The notes below the pieces were generated by a model, which worked only from the letters and a program-made list of their open reading frames with translations, searched no databases and was not told the origin of the DNA. A DNA stretch of 36,109 nucleotides from Candidatus Stercoripulliclostridium sp. (GTDB taxonomy: Bacteria; Bacillota; Clostridia; Christensenellales; DTU072), in contig JAZQVF010000025.1 in NCBI GenBank assembly GCA_045631675.1, positions 1 through 36,109 on the forward strand. The letters are read 5' to 3'. This document shows positions 18,730 through 27,176 of the stretch, piece after piece. The stretch's first letter is position 1; every line of letters starts with the position of its first letter. Made by a program: the position numbers and the translations under genes.

Positions 18730-19553
18730 AAATCTCTTTCTACTTCAAATACTTTTTCGTTTAGATATTGAAGTTTACTTCCCTTAGGGAACTTGAACGC
18801 AAGGCGAGTTGCAGTAAGATATTGTCTTTTCGCTCTCATCAAACGGTTAAGTTCAAAATCTCCATACTTAGTATCACCTACGATAGGATAACCGGCATAG
18901 GCAAGATGCGCCCTAATTTGATGGGTTTTTCCACTATGTAGCGTTACTTCTACTATGGTAGTATCTTCCCCTATTTCCTTAGGCTGAACTTCGGTACGAA
19001 TAGGCACTGCACCGTTTACTTTAATATCGGTTATGGTTACCACACCCTTTTCTGCATCTTTAATTAGATATGCCTTTAAATCAAGGTGGTCTTTTAGGTT
19101 ACCCCCTACTAAGGCGTGATATTTCTTTTCAATAAAACCTTTTTTAAATCCTTCTCTTAATGCTTGAGCCGTGCTTTCATTGTGGCTCATAATTAGAAGG
19201 CCTTTAGTGTTGGTGTCTAACCTATGTGCAAGAGCCGTTGGTTTATTAAGAGTAGTAGAAATTCTATTTGCAAATTCTTCACTGCAAACGCCCCTTGGCT
19301 TAATTGCAATTAGAATATTTTCATCTTGGTAAACGGACTCAAAGTTGAACTTTAAAAGTTTATCTTCATCGCAATAAACTTCAACGACGTCACCTTTTTG
19401 AAGAATTAGGTCGTCACCTACCTTCCTACCATTAATTCTAATTTCCCTTAACTTCAAAAGGGTACGGAAATAACCGTACCTTAATTCAGGGAATACTTCG
19501 CTTAAATATTTGGAAAGCCTCAAAGGCTTTCTATCAAACTTATAAACTCTCAA
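18726..19553 (-). CDS. RluA-family 23S rRNA pseudouridine synthase with an N-terminal S4 domain
   Basis: 275 aa. HRLDTNTKGLLIM catalytic motif, HQIRAHLA, S4-like N-terminus. TTG start 2 nt after the nrdR stop, and no in-frame ATG nearby. Confidence 0.85.
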   Translation of the reverse strand: MRVYKFDRKPLRLSKYLSEVFPELRYGYFRTLLKLREIRINGRKVGDDLILQKGDVVEVYCDEDKLLKFNFESVYQDENILIAIKPRGVCSEEFANRISTTLNKPTALAHRLDTNTKGLLIMSHNESTAQALREGFKKGFIEKKYHALVGGNLKDHLDLKAYLIKDAEKGVVTITDIKVNGAVPIRTEVQPKEIGEDTTIVEVTLHSGKTHQIRAHLAYAGYPIVGDTKYGDFELNRLMRAKRQYLTATRLAFKFPKGSKLQYLNEKVFEVERDF

Positions 19554-19555
19554 TT

Positions 19556-20026
19556 TTATTTATCCTCATCAGTTTTGTCAGCAACGAGTTTTTCAATTTC
19601 TTCTAAAAGAGTGTTGATATCTTTGAATTGTCTATGAACGGATGCGTATCTAACGTATGCAACGTCGTCTAATCCTTTCAAGCCGTTCATAACCATATCA
19701 CCAACTTTCTTTGAAGAAATTTCTTGGGCTAAAGTATTGTTAACTTGCTTTTCAATGTCGCTTACGAGTTTATCAATTTTAGCCATAGAAACGGGACGCT
19801 TTTCACAAGCCTTGATGATGCCGTTTTTAATTTTTGATGAATCAAAAATTTGCCTATTACCGTTATTTTTTATAACGAGAACCGGGGTTGACTCAATTTT
19901 TTCATAGGTAGTATAACGCTTAGCGCAAGCGCCACACTCACGACGTCTTCTAATGGCGGTACCGTCATCGTTTAGACGAGAATCAACTACTTTTGAATCA
20001 AGACTACTGCAAAAAGGACACTTCAT
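19556..20026 (-). CDS. nrdR: Transcriptional repressor NrdR
   Basis: 156 aa. MKCPFCSSLDSKVVDSR...CGACAKRYTTYE zinc ribbon plus an ATP-cone. Confidence 0.95.
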   Translation of the reverse strand: MKCPFCSSLDSKVVDSRLNDDGTAIRRRRECGACAKRYTTYEKIESTPVLVIKNNGNRQIFDSSKIKNGIIKACEKRPVSMAKIDKLVSDIEKQVNNTLAQEISSKKVGDMVMNGLKGLDDVAYVRYASVHRQFKDINTLLEEIEKLVADKTDEDK

Positions 20027-20055
20027 ATTGTATTTCTCCGCTATTTTCTCTAATA

Positions 20056-20084
20056 ATTATACAATATCTTGCGTCCGTTGTAAA
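20056..20084 (-). promoter_or_regulatory. Sigma-A promoter for nrdR and the rlu gene
   Basis: Minus sense: TTTACA-17 nt-TATAAT, ~30 nt upstream of the nrdR ATG. A GGAG RBS follows. Confidence 0.6.
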
Positions 20085-20098
20085 GCACTATGTAAATA

Positions 20099-20368
20099 TT
20101 ATTTACATATTTCCGTAGAATTTACTGCCCCGAGGTCTACTAAAATTACGTCATCGCCTATTTTGTTTACCTTTTGCCAAGGAATGAAGATGTTTTCGTT
20201 GCCCGAAAAACTTTTAAACATTCTTTTGTCTCCCGCTGCAATTAAACCTACGACTCTTCCCGTGCAATGAAGGGCAACGTCAACTATTCTACCAAGTTGT
20301 TTACCATCTGTACAATTTATTACCACTTTTTCTCTAAGTTCACAAAACGTATAGTCTATGCCTTGCAT
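20099..20368 (-). CDS. ylmC: YlmC/YmxH-family sporulation protein (PRC-barrel)
   Basis: CELREKVVINCTDGKQLGRIVDVAL...IPWQKVNKIGDDVILVD. ATG 20368 is preceded by GGGAG at 6-nt spacing. The track's TTG 20380 lies within that RBS. Confidence 0.85.
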   Translation of the reverse strand: MQGIDYTFCELREKVVINCTDGKQLGRIVDVALHCTGRVVGLIAAGDKRMFKSFSGNENIFIPWQKVNKIGDDVILVDLGAVNSTEICK

Positions 20369-20411
20369 AAATTCTCCCAAACAATTTTATGTGGCGTTCT
20401 TCGTTTTATTA

Positions 20412-20438
20412 CAAAAAAAGGACGAATTACGTCCTTTT
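20412..20438 (-). terminator. Rho-independent terminator after sigG
   Basis: Minus sense: AAAGGACG-TAATT-CGTCCTTT followed by TTTTTGT. The hairpin starts at the sigG stop codon. Confidence 0.8.
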
Positions 20439-21202
20439 TAATCGTTAAGACATTCTCTAAGCCTTTCTATCGCACCCTTTTCAAGCCTTGAAACCTGTGC
20501 TTGGGAGACGCACAAAACTTTTGCGATTTCCGTTTGTGTAGAGCCCTGATAATAACGCATCTCTATTACCCGTCTTTCCCTTTCAGGAAGTGATTTTACA
20601 CCGTCAAGTAAGGTTATCTTCTCTACGTAGTCGCAATCACTTTTAGGGTCTTTAACAAGGTCAACTATTTCCACACCGTCACCATCATCCCCATATACTT
20701 CTTGGTACATAGATTGTGGCTCTACTAACGCATCTAACGCACTAATTACCTCGTAATAAGGAAGGTTTAGTTCTTCTGCAATTTCGTTTAAAGTTGCTTC
20801 CTTTCCCTCTTTTTCCAACTTTTCCCTTGCCTGAACTGCTTTATATGCAACGTCTCTTACCTGTCTTCCAACCTTAAAAGCCGTGCCTTCTCTAACAAAT
20901 CTTCGCATTTCACCGTATATCATTGGTACGGCATAAGTGGAAAACTTTAAATTAAAGGAAGTATCAAAATTATCCGTTGCTTTAATTAAACCCAACATTC
21001 CAACCTGAAATAAATCATCTGGACTTTCCTTAACGGTCTTAAATTTTTTTATTGCAAGTAATACCAACCTAACGTTTGCAAGTAAAAATTCTTCTCTCAG
21101 TTCTACCCTACCTTTTTTTATTTCTCTAATCATACTATCTATCTCACAACTGGAGAATTCAGGCAACTTGTTTACGTCAATTCCCATTACTTTTTTTACC
21201 AT
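20438..21202 (-). CDS. sigG: Sporulation sigma factor G (forespore)
   Basis: DDLFQVGMLGLIKATDNFD, KFSTYAVPMIYGEMRRF, SQAQVSRLEK. Sits directly after sigE. ATG 21202 is preceded by AGGAGGAGG. The track's longer start lies in the promoter. Confidence 0.9.
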   Translation of the reverse strand: MVKKVMGIDVNKLPEFSSCEIDSMIREIKKGRVELREEFLLANVRLVLLAIKKFKTVKESPDDLFQVGMLGLIKATDNFDTSFNLKFSTYAVPMIYGEMRRFVREGTAFKVGRQVRDVAYKAVQAREKLEKEGKEATLNEIAEELNLPYYEVISALDALVEPQSMYQEVYGDDGDGVEIVDLVKDPKSDCDYVEKITLLDGVKSLPERERRVIEMRYYQGSTQTEIAKVLCVSQAQVSRLEKGAIERLRECLND

Positions 21203-21222
21203 TTTGGGCGCCTCCTCCTTCC

Positions 21223-21252
21223 AAGTATGCACCAAAAAGATAAAGTAATTCA
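21223..21252 (-). promoter_or_regulatory. Forespore (sigma-F/sigma-G type) promoter candidate for sigG
   Basis: Minus sense: TGAATT-17 nt-CATACTT, compared with the remembered sigma-G consensus GnATR-N17-18-CATnnTA. Located in the 60-nt sigE-sigG gap. Confidence 0.4.
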
Positions 21253-21265
21253 TAAAAATTCTTTT

Positions 21266-21964
21266 TTATTCCAATTTCATAAATTCCGTCTTTAATTTAT
21301 CTAATATACGCTTTTCTAAACGACTTATATAGGACTGAGATATCCCCATCATGTCCGCTATTTCTTTTTGCGTTTTTTCTTCCACACCGTAAAGACCGTA
21401 TCGCATGCAAAGTATAAGACGGTCGCGCTCTTCCAACTTGTTAAACAATTCCCGCAATATGCCCTTTTCTACTTCCATTTCCACTTCGCGATATATTTCC
21501 CCGCCATCAGTTCCTAAAACGTCGCTAAGTAGTAATTTATTGCCCTCGTAATCCACGTTTAATGGCTCGTCTAAACTAACTTCACTTTTTGTTTTGACCA
21601 TTTTCCTAAGATACATAAGTATCTCGTTTTCAATGCATCTTGAGGCATAAGTAGCAAGTTTAATCTTTTTTTCACTATTATAACTTTTAACTGCTTTTAT
21701 TAACCCTATAGTTCCAACACTTACAAGTTCCTCCAAGTCCATCCCAGTGTTGTGAAATTTTTTTGCTATGTATACTACAAGCCTTAAATTTCTCTCAACA
21801 AGCACGTTTCTCGCCTCTAAATCGCCACTTTCTGCAAGTTTAATATACTTTTGTTCCTCTTCTCCTTCCAGCGGACTTGGCAATGAAACCATATAATCTA
21901 CGCTATCGGTAAGCGAGAATATTCTTTTAAATAACGCTAATATCTTAACAAATATATTTTTCAT
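21266..21964 (-). CDS. sigE: Sporulation sigma factor E (pro-sigma-E)
   Basis: 232 aa. Pro-sequence, then RNLRLVVYIAKKF, LVSVGTIGLIKAVKSYN, KLATYASRCIENEILMYLRK, ISQSYISRLEKRIL. The ATG overlaps the spoIIGA stop (ATGA). Confidence 0.95.
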   Translation of the reverse strand: MKNIFVKILALFKRIFSLTDSVDYMVSLPSPLEGEEEQKYIKLAESGDLEARNVLVERNLRLVVYIAKKFHNTGMDLEELVSVGTIGLIKAVKSYNSEKKIKLATYASRCIENEILMYLRKMVKTKSEVSLDEPLNVDYEGNKLLLSDVLGTDGGEIYREVEMEVEKGILRELFNKLEERDRLILCMRYGLYGVEEKTQKEIADMMGISQSYISRLEKRILDKLKTEFMKLE

Positions 21965-22713
21965 AAAATCTCCATATCTCTATGTAAAATTACTTCATAT
22001 CCTCTACTATTTATTGTATCTGATATACCATAGCAAACTCTTAGTATCTTATGTGATTTTTTGTCTGAAAATATCTTTAACGATAACTCTCCACCCATTA
22101 ACGTCGCGTTGCCACTAATAGTATTAACCACTATTTTTCTATCGGGTTTAAGCGCTAATTTTTCACTGATTTTGTTACTAATTATTATTACTGGTATTTT
22201 TTTGTAATAAAGCATATTGCCACTATCAAAGAATCCTTTTGTCTTAAAACACCTTCCTTCGCTCTCCAAAACAACTTTATAAGCACTTGTTCGTTTTTTA
22301 CTTATTGATAGTAAAAAAATTGTGGATTTCAAGGCAAATGATGCCAAAAGTATACTAAAACACACTATCAATTCACTTAATAGTTCATTTGGATTTATTA
22401 CTTTGACAAGCATATATTCCATTCCTTTTGCTAAAATCTCTACGACAAAAAACAAAAAGGATATTTTAAAATATTCCCAAAAAGTATACTCCTTTTTGGC
22501 AATTAGTATAGAAATCGTTGCAATGATAACGCTTAGAATAAAATTATCGTTTACAATTGAATTTTTATAAAAAAGATAAATTCCTATTATTAACGACGAA
22601 ATAGTTAGCCTTAAAAGACTAACGTCCTCTTTTAACAAGGTTAAGATTAAATACAACGATAGATACGCCTTGGTAATTATCGTTAAAAACTCTACTAATT
22701 TTAATAGGTCCAT
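21961..22713 (-). CDS. spoIIGA: Sigma-E processing peptidase SpoIIGA
   Basis: 250 aa. Five N-terminal TM helices, then the aspartic protease motif GFFDSGN. Sits in the canonical position upstream of sigE. Confidence 0.9.
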   Translation of the reverse strand: MDLLKLVEFLTIITKAYLSLYLILTLLKEDVSLLRLTISSLIIGIYLFYKNSIVNDNFILSVIIATISILIAKKEYTFWEYFKISFLFFVVEILAKGMEYMLVKVINPNELLSELIVCFSILLASFALKSTIFLLSISKKRTSAYKVVLESEGRCFKTKGFFDSGNMLYYKKIPVIIISNKISEKLALKPDRKIVVNTISGNATLMGGELSLKIFSDKKSHKILRVCYGISDTINSRGYEVILHRDMEIL

Positions 22714-22716
22714 TTT

Positions 22717-22750
22717 TAAAAAAAAAGAGAAAACGAATTATCGTTTTCTC
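22717..22750 (-). terminator. Strong rho-independent terminator after ftsZ, abutting the spoIIGA start
   Basis: Minus sense: GAGAAAACGA-TAAT-TCGTTTTCTC (10 bp) followed by T9. The U-tract ends 3 nt before ATG 22713. Confidence 0.8.
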
Positions 22751-22775
22751 TTTAGTGCGTTAAGTTTAAGATAAA

Positions 22776-23972
22776 TTATCTATTTTTATCCTTTATTCTT
22801 TGAAGGAATGGAGGAATTTTTGAGTCGCTTACTTCCATTCTACCCATAGGTTGGGGATTATAACTTGGTTGAGTAAATTGTGGTTGTTGCTCTTGAGCAG
22901 GAGCAGTTTGCGTTGCTGCAACTTCTTCTTGAGGATAACCATACATTCTATCCATTTTTGAATTACGCTCATTGTCGTTATTGAACATTGGACGGCTTAT
23001 TTGAGTATACTTTGCTCTACCATCGGGGCGAGTTTCAAAACCAGTTGCTATAACGGTAATCTTGCAACAATCGTCAAGTGCTGCGTCAATACCCATACCG
23101 AAAATTATGTTTGCACTTGGGTCTGCAACGTCACGAATAAGGCTTACTGCGTTGTTAACTTCTTCCATCGTAAGACCCTCGTTGCCAATTACGTAAACGA
23201 TAATGTCGGTTGCGCCTTGAATGTTAGTTTCAAGAAGTGGGCTTTGTACTGCTTGACGCACAGCTTCAAAGGTGCGATTTTCGCCCTTTCCTTTACCCAT
23301 ACCTATATGAGCGTTACCCTTATTCTTCATAATGGTCTTTATGTCTGCAAAGTCAAGGTTAATCAATGAAGGAGTGGTAATAATTTCAGTAATTCCTTGA
23401 ATGCCTTGTCTTAAAACATCGTCTGCAACTTTGAATGCTTGTACAAGAGTTGTTCCTTTAGGAACAAACATTTGAATTTTTTCATTTGGAATAACGAGCA
23501 AGGTATCAACTACTTGGCGAAGTGCATCAATACCCTTTTGTGCATTATCCATTCTGCGTTTGCCTTCAAACGTTTCAAATGGTTTTGTAACTACGGCAAT
23601 AGTAAGAATGTTCATTTCCTTTGCCATTTGAGCAATTACAGGAGCAGCACCAGTACCGGTACCACCACCCATACCTGCGGTAATAAACAAAAGGTCGGTA
23701 TCTTCAAGATGAGCGCGGATTTCTTCCTTGCTTTCTTCTGCCGCTCTTGCACCCATTTCAGGGTCTGCACCCGCACCTAAACCCTTGGTAAGATTTGCAC
23801 CAAGTTGAATTTTAATGGGCGCTTTGCTCATATTAAGCGCTTGCATATCGGTATTTGCAGCAATAAAAGTGCAAGAATTAATGCCGGCAAGAATCATACG
23901 GTTAACTGCGTTACCGCCACCACCGCCAACACCTATTACTTTTATATTTGCTACGCCGTAAGAATTTGACAT
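22776..23972 (-). CDS. ftsZ: Cell division protein FtsZ
   Basis: 398 aa. GVGGGGGNAVNRM, GGGTGTGAAPV, a Q/P-rich linker and the C-terminal peptide IPPFLQR. Confidence 0.97.
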   Translation of the reverse strand: MSNSYGVANIKVIGVGGGGGNAVNRMILAGINSCTFIAANTDMQALNMSKAPIKIQLGANLTKGLGAGADPEMGARAAEESKEEIRAHLEDTDLLFITAGMGGGTGTGAAPVIAQMAKEMNILTIAVVTKPFETFEGKRRMDNAQKGIDALRQVVDTLLVIPNEKIQMFVPKGTTLVQAFKVADDVLRQGIQGITEIITTPSLINLDFADIKTIMKNKGNAHIGMGKGKGENRTFEAVRQAVQSPLLETNIQGATDIIVYVIGNEGLTMEEVNNAVSLIRDVADPSANIIFGMGIDAALDDCCKITVIATGFETRPDGRAKYTQISRPMFNNDNERNSKMDRMYGYPQEEVAATQTAPAQEQQPQFTQPSYNPQPMGRMEVSDSKIPPFLQRIKDKNR

Positions 23973-23974
23973 CC

Positions 23975-25135
23975 TTATTTCCTCCTGCTTATGAATTCTT
24001 TAAGACTTTTAATTATTTTATTTGTACGCTTTTGCATTAGTTGTCTTTGTTGTACGACTAAAAGACCTGCGACTTGTGAAAATTTAGGTTTGTTAAATTG
24101 TAAAATATCTGGAGCAAGAATTTCTACTTGTCGTGAAGTTAACCTTGCAACAATTTCTCTTGCACCGGGAATTTGAGATATACCACTTCCTGTAAGTAAT
24201 ACTTTAGTATTAAGGCTAACGTCATAGTAAGAATTTCTTATTGCCTTACCAATCATATCTGCAATGTTTTCAATACGTGCAGATGCAATTTCATTGATTT
24301 CTTTAATCTTATAATAAGCAATTTCTTGTCCAACTGAAACTGCATACTCATCTTCTTCACTTGCATCAATATTCAAGTTTACCCTATCAACAAGCGCAAG
24401 AGCGTGTGCATAAGGAATTTCCTTAATTTCACTAATATCTGCAGCAATATGACCTGAGCCTAAACTAAACGAGAGCATATGAGCAATACCATCCCCTATT
24501 GCATAAGCAACTGAAGTGGTAGTATAACCTACGTCAACGAGAACTACGCCTTCATCACGAAGTTGTTCGGGTACCACGTACATAACTTCTGCTTGTACAC
24601 CTGAGGCATATGTGAATGAAAGACCTAACTCTTTGCCTATTTGGTCAAAAAGAGTAGTAAATGACTTTTCAGCAACGATATAACTCATCAAACATTTGAG
24701 TTTCTTAGTAGTTGCGCCTACTGGTGTGATGGTGCAAGTGCCGTCGTCAAGTTCAAAATAAATTGGACTTGCTGAAATGCAAACGTGATCTCCTGAGTTG
24801 GGTTCGCCTAAAGCATAAAGTGCATCTACGTCCATTTCCATAACCTTACGGTTTATGCCAAGGTCGTTTTGAACCTTAGAAGTTACTACTGCGCTAAATT
24901 CACCGGGAACACCCACTAAAAGTTGATTGATTTTTGTAAAAGTTGACTTTTCACATTCGGAAACAAGGCTTGATATAGCCTTAAAAAGACCTTGTGGGTC
25001 AAAAAATTCGCCATTATAAAAACCGTCGTACTCTTGTACGGCACGGAAGGTATAGGAATCGGTGTATTTATCTTGCAATACGAGAGTAATTGCATCTGAA
25101 CCTATATCTAAAACGGCAACCTTTTTAGTCTTCAT
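23975..25135 (-). CDS. ftsA: Cell division protein FtsA (actin-like ATPase), short form
   Basis: 386 aa. VAVLDIGSDAITLV and VLVDVGYTTTSV phosphate motifs, LTGSGISQIPG, and a basic amphipathic C-terminus IIKSLKEFISRRK. Immediately upstream of ftsZ. Confidence 0.85.
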   Translation of the reverse strand: MKTKKVAVLDIGSDAITLVLQDKYTDSYTFRAVQEYDGFYNGEFFDPQGLFKAISSLVSECEKSTFTKINQLLVGVPGEFSAVVTSKVQNDLGINRKVMEMDVDALYALGEPNSGDHVCISASPIYFELDDGTCTITPVGATTKKLKCLMSYIVAEKSFTTLFDQIGKELGLSFTYASGVQAEVMYVVPEQLRDEGVVLVDVGYTTTSVAYAIGDGIAHMLSFSLGSGHIAADISEIKEIPYAHALALVDRVNLNIDASEEDEYAVSVGQEIAYYKIKEINEIASARIENIADMIGKAIRNSYYDVSLNTKVLLTGSGISQIPGAREIVARLTSRQVEILAPDILQFNKPKFSQVAGLLVVQQRQLMQKRTNKIIKSLKEFISRRK

Positions 25136-25173
25136 TGATACGCTCCTATAAATTTACGCACTTATATATTTTT

Positions 25174-25202
25174 ATTATATATTATGCGTGCGCGCGTGTC
25201 AA
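25174..25202 (-). promoter_or_regulatory. Perfect-consensus sigma-A promoter for ftsA-ftsZ
   Basis: Minus sense: TTGACA-17 nt-TATAAT, ~38 nt upstream of the ftsA ATG. Preceded by two phased TTTCATAAAA repeats (25209-25227). Confidence 0.7.
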
Positions 25203-25237
25203 TAGAGTTTTATGAAATTTTATGAAAATTATTGATT

Positions 25238-25903
25238 TTAGTTGTTAAAATAGTTCTTATAGGCACTTGAAACAGCATCTTCTATCGTTTGAGAAGAATA
25301 GTTGCAAACGATGCTATCCCCACTTCTCGTAACGAGTGTAATTTCGCTATCGCTATAAATAACTTTTGAGAAAACCTTAGGTTGTTCACTTAAATCCAAC
25401 CCTTCTTTATCAATCGTCCTGAAAACCTTATTAAGAATTTTGAATTGTGGAGTGTTGTAACTATCTTCAACCACCACGCCCTCAATTAGTACGAATGCGT
25501 TAATATCAACGTCCGTTTTGTTTACCATCTTATTTAGTTGGAAATCTCCGTCAGCAACGGCATAAACTTCATCGTTGCCTTTTTTGTTTACAAGACACGT
25601 GGGTACGTGCTCTACGCAATATATGATAATTTTATTGGGAAATACCCTAACTATATCCGTTACGGCAATAGAGTTATCTGCATAAGAATTCATAATATTG
25701 CGCTTAACCACGTTTTCATTAAGGCTTAAAATGGAATCTCCTAATGCAATTTCGGAGCAGTCGTATATATCTTCGGCGGTAGCAGAAACGGGCGTCTTCT
25801 CAAACGCTATTTCTACGTTACCTATTTTTAGCAAATTGCCTAAGATTGCAACCACTAAAACGATAACTAATCCTAAAGCAACCGAGATATACCTTCTTTT
25901 CAC
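25238..25903 (-). CDS. ftsQ: FtsQ/DivIB-type cell division protein (TM + POTRA)
   Basis: 221 aa. N-terminal TM (ISVALGLVIVLVVAILG), then a POTRA-like region (IGNVEIAF...VRVFPNKIIIYCVEH). GTG start with a GGGGA SD. Sits in the dcw position. Confidence 0.7.
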   Translation of the reverse strand: MKRRYISVALGLVIVLVVAILGNLLKIGNVEIAFEKTPVSATAEDIYDCSEIALGDSILSLNENVVKRNIMNSYADNSIAVTDIVRVFPNKIIIYCVEHVPTCLVNKKGNDEVYAVADGDFQLNKMVNKTDVDINAFVLIEGVVVEDSYNTPQFKILNKVFRTIDKEGLDLSEQPKVFSKVIYSDSEITLVTRSGDSIVCNYSSQTIEDAVSSAYKNYFNN

Positions 25904-25912
25904 GAATTTCCC

Positions 25913-27169
25913 CTATCGTTGTATTTTTTCTATATTTCCACCTATTTTACGGAATTTATCAACCAAATTCTCGTAACCACGCTCTATGAACTCAATATCA
26001 TTTACTATAGTGCGCCCTTTTGCTCCAAGACCTGCAATAACTAACGATGCACCGCCTCTTAAATCTTTAGCGTACACTTCTGCACCCTTGAGAGCCTCTA
26101 CTCCACTAATTACGGCAACTCTATCCTTAACTTTTACCCTTGCACCCATTTTAACGAGTTCAGGCAAATGTTTAAAGCGCGCTTCAAAAAGATTTTCAAC
26201 GACTATAGTTGCGCCTTTAGAAATCGTAGCAAGCGCGCATATTTCTGCTTGCAAATCAGTAGGAAATCCTGGGTAAGGCTTTGTTTCAACAACACCAAGT
26301 TCACCCATTTTACCATTTGCGTTTATATGTATTCTATCACTACTTGCACTAATTTTGCAATCCCATTTTGAAAATTTAGAAATAAGTGAGGATAAATGTT
26401 TGTCCTTAGCGCCTTCTAAAGTTAGGTCGCACCCACAAATTAGCCCTGCAATCAGGTAAGTCCCCGCCTCAATTCTATCGGGCATAACGGAGTAAGTCGT
26501 ACCCTTTAGTGGCATACCACCCACAACTTTAATTAGGGTAGTACCTGCGCCTTCCACCTTACCACCCATTGCGTTAATGAAGTTTTGAAGATCTTCTATT
26601 TCCGGCTCTGTTGCAACGTTTAGAATTGTGGTCGTACCATTTATTCCCGTTGCTAAAAGTAACGCGTTTTCAGTTGCTCCTACGCTTGGATAATCTAAGG
26701 TTATGGAGCAATTCGTTTTGTTTTTTCCGTCACAATAAACGAAACCACCTTCTTCTTTGACTTCCACACCCATCTCTTTTAAAGCCTTGATATGTAAATC
26801 TATTGGTCTAAGCCCTATGTCGCATCCACCGGGATAAGCGACCTTTGCCTTTCCCAATCTCCGTATTAAAGGCCCAAGCAAGAAAATGGAACTTCTTAAC
26901 TCTTTTGCAAGGTTAGAGGGGATTTCATAACAATTTATTTGCTTTGCATCAATAATTATTTTATTGTCCACAAATTCCGTTTTCGCGCCAAGAAAATTAA
27001 TTATTTTAAGCATATTTTCAACGTCCGTAAGCCGTGGTGCATTCTCAATAATCGTTACGCCATCCGTCATTATTGACGCTGCAATTATCGGTAAAACGGA
27101 GTTTTTAGACCCTTGTATTTGTACAACTCCTTCCAACCTGTTTCCACCATTTATAAGATATTTCGCCAT
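25913..27169 (-). CDS. murA: UDP-N-acetylglucosamine 1-carboxyvinyltransferase
   Basis: 418 aa. VQIQGSKNSVLPI and the active-site PGGCDIGLRPIDLH. Confidence 0.95.
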   Translation of the reverse strand: MAKYLINGGNRLEGVVQIQGSKNSVLPIIAASIMTDGVTIIENAPRLTDVENMLKIINFLGAKTEFVDNKIIIDAKQINCYEIPSNLAKELRSSIFLLGPLIRRLGKAKVAYPGGCDIGLRPIDLHIKALKEMGVEVKEEGGFVYCDGKNKTNCSITLDYPSVGATENALLLATGINGTTTILNVATEPEIEDLQNFINAMGGKVEGAGTTLIKVVGGMPLKGTTYSVMPDRIEAGTYLIAGLICGCDLTLEGAKDKHLSSLISKFSKWDCKISASSDRIHINANGKMGELGVVETKPYPGFPTDLQAEICALATISKGATIVVENLFEARFKHLPELVKMGARVKVKDRVAVISGVEALKGAEVYAKDLRGGASLVIAGLGAKGRTIVNDIEFIERGYENLVDKFRKIGGNIEKIQR

Positions 27170-27176
27170 ACTGCTC

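Noticed and set aside
20027-20098. An NrdR box upstream of nrdR (autoregulation).
   Set aside because: Only a partial ATATTGT half-site overlaps the promoter spacer. There is no full 16-bp palindrome and no tandem pair, so support is insufficient.
21203-21253. N-terminal extensions offered by the ORF track: sigG (21253), cyclophilin (12563), ftsW (28352), dxr (5709), ylmC (20380), rarA (17510).
   Set aside because: In each case a downstream ATG has a properly spaced SD and/or abuts the upstream stop codon. The extension overlaps a promoter, an RBS or the preceding gene, and it adds residues foreign to the family.
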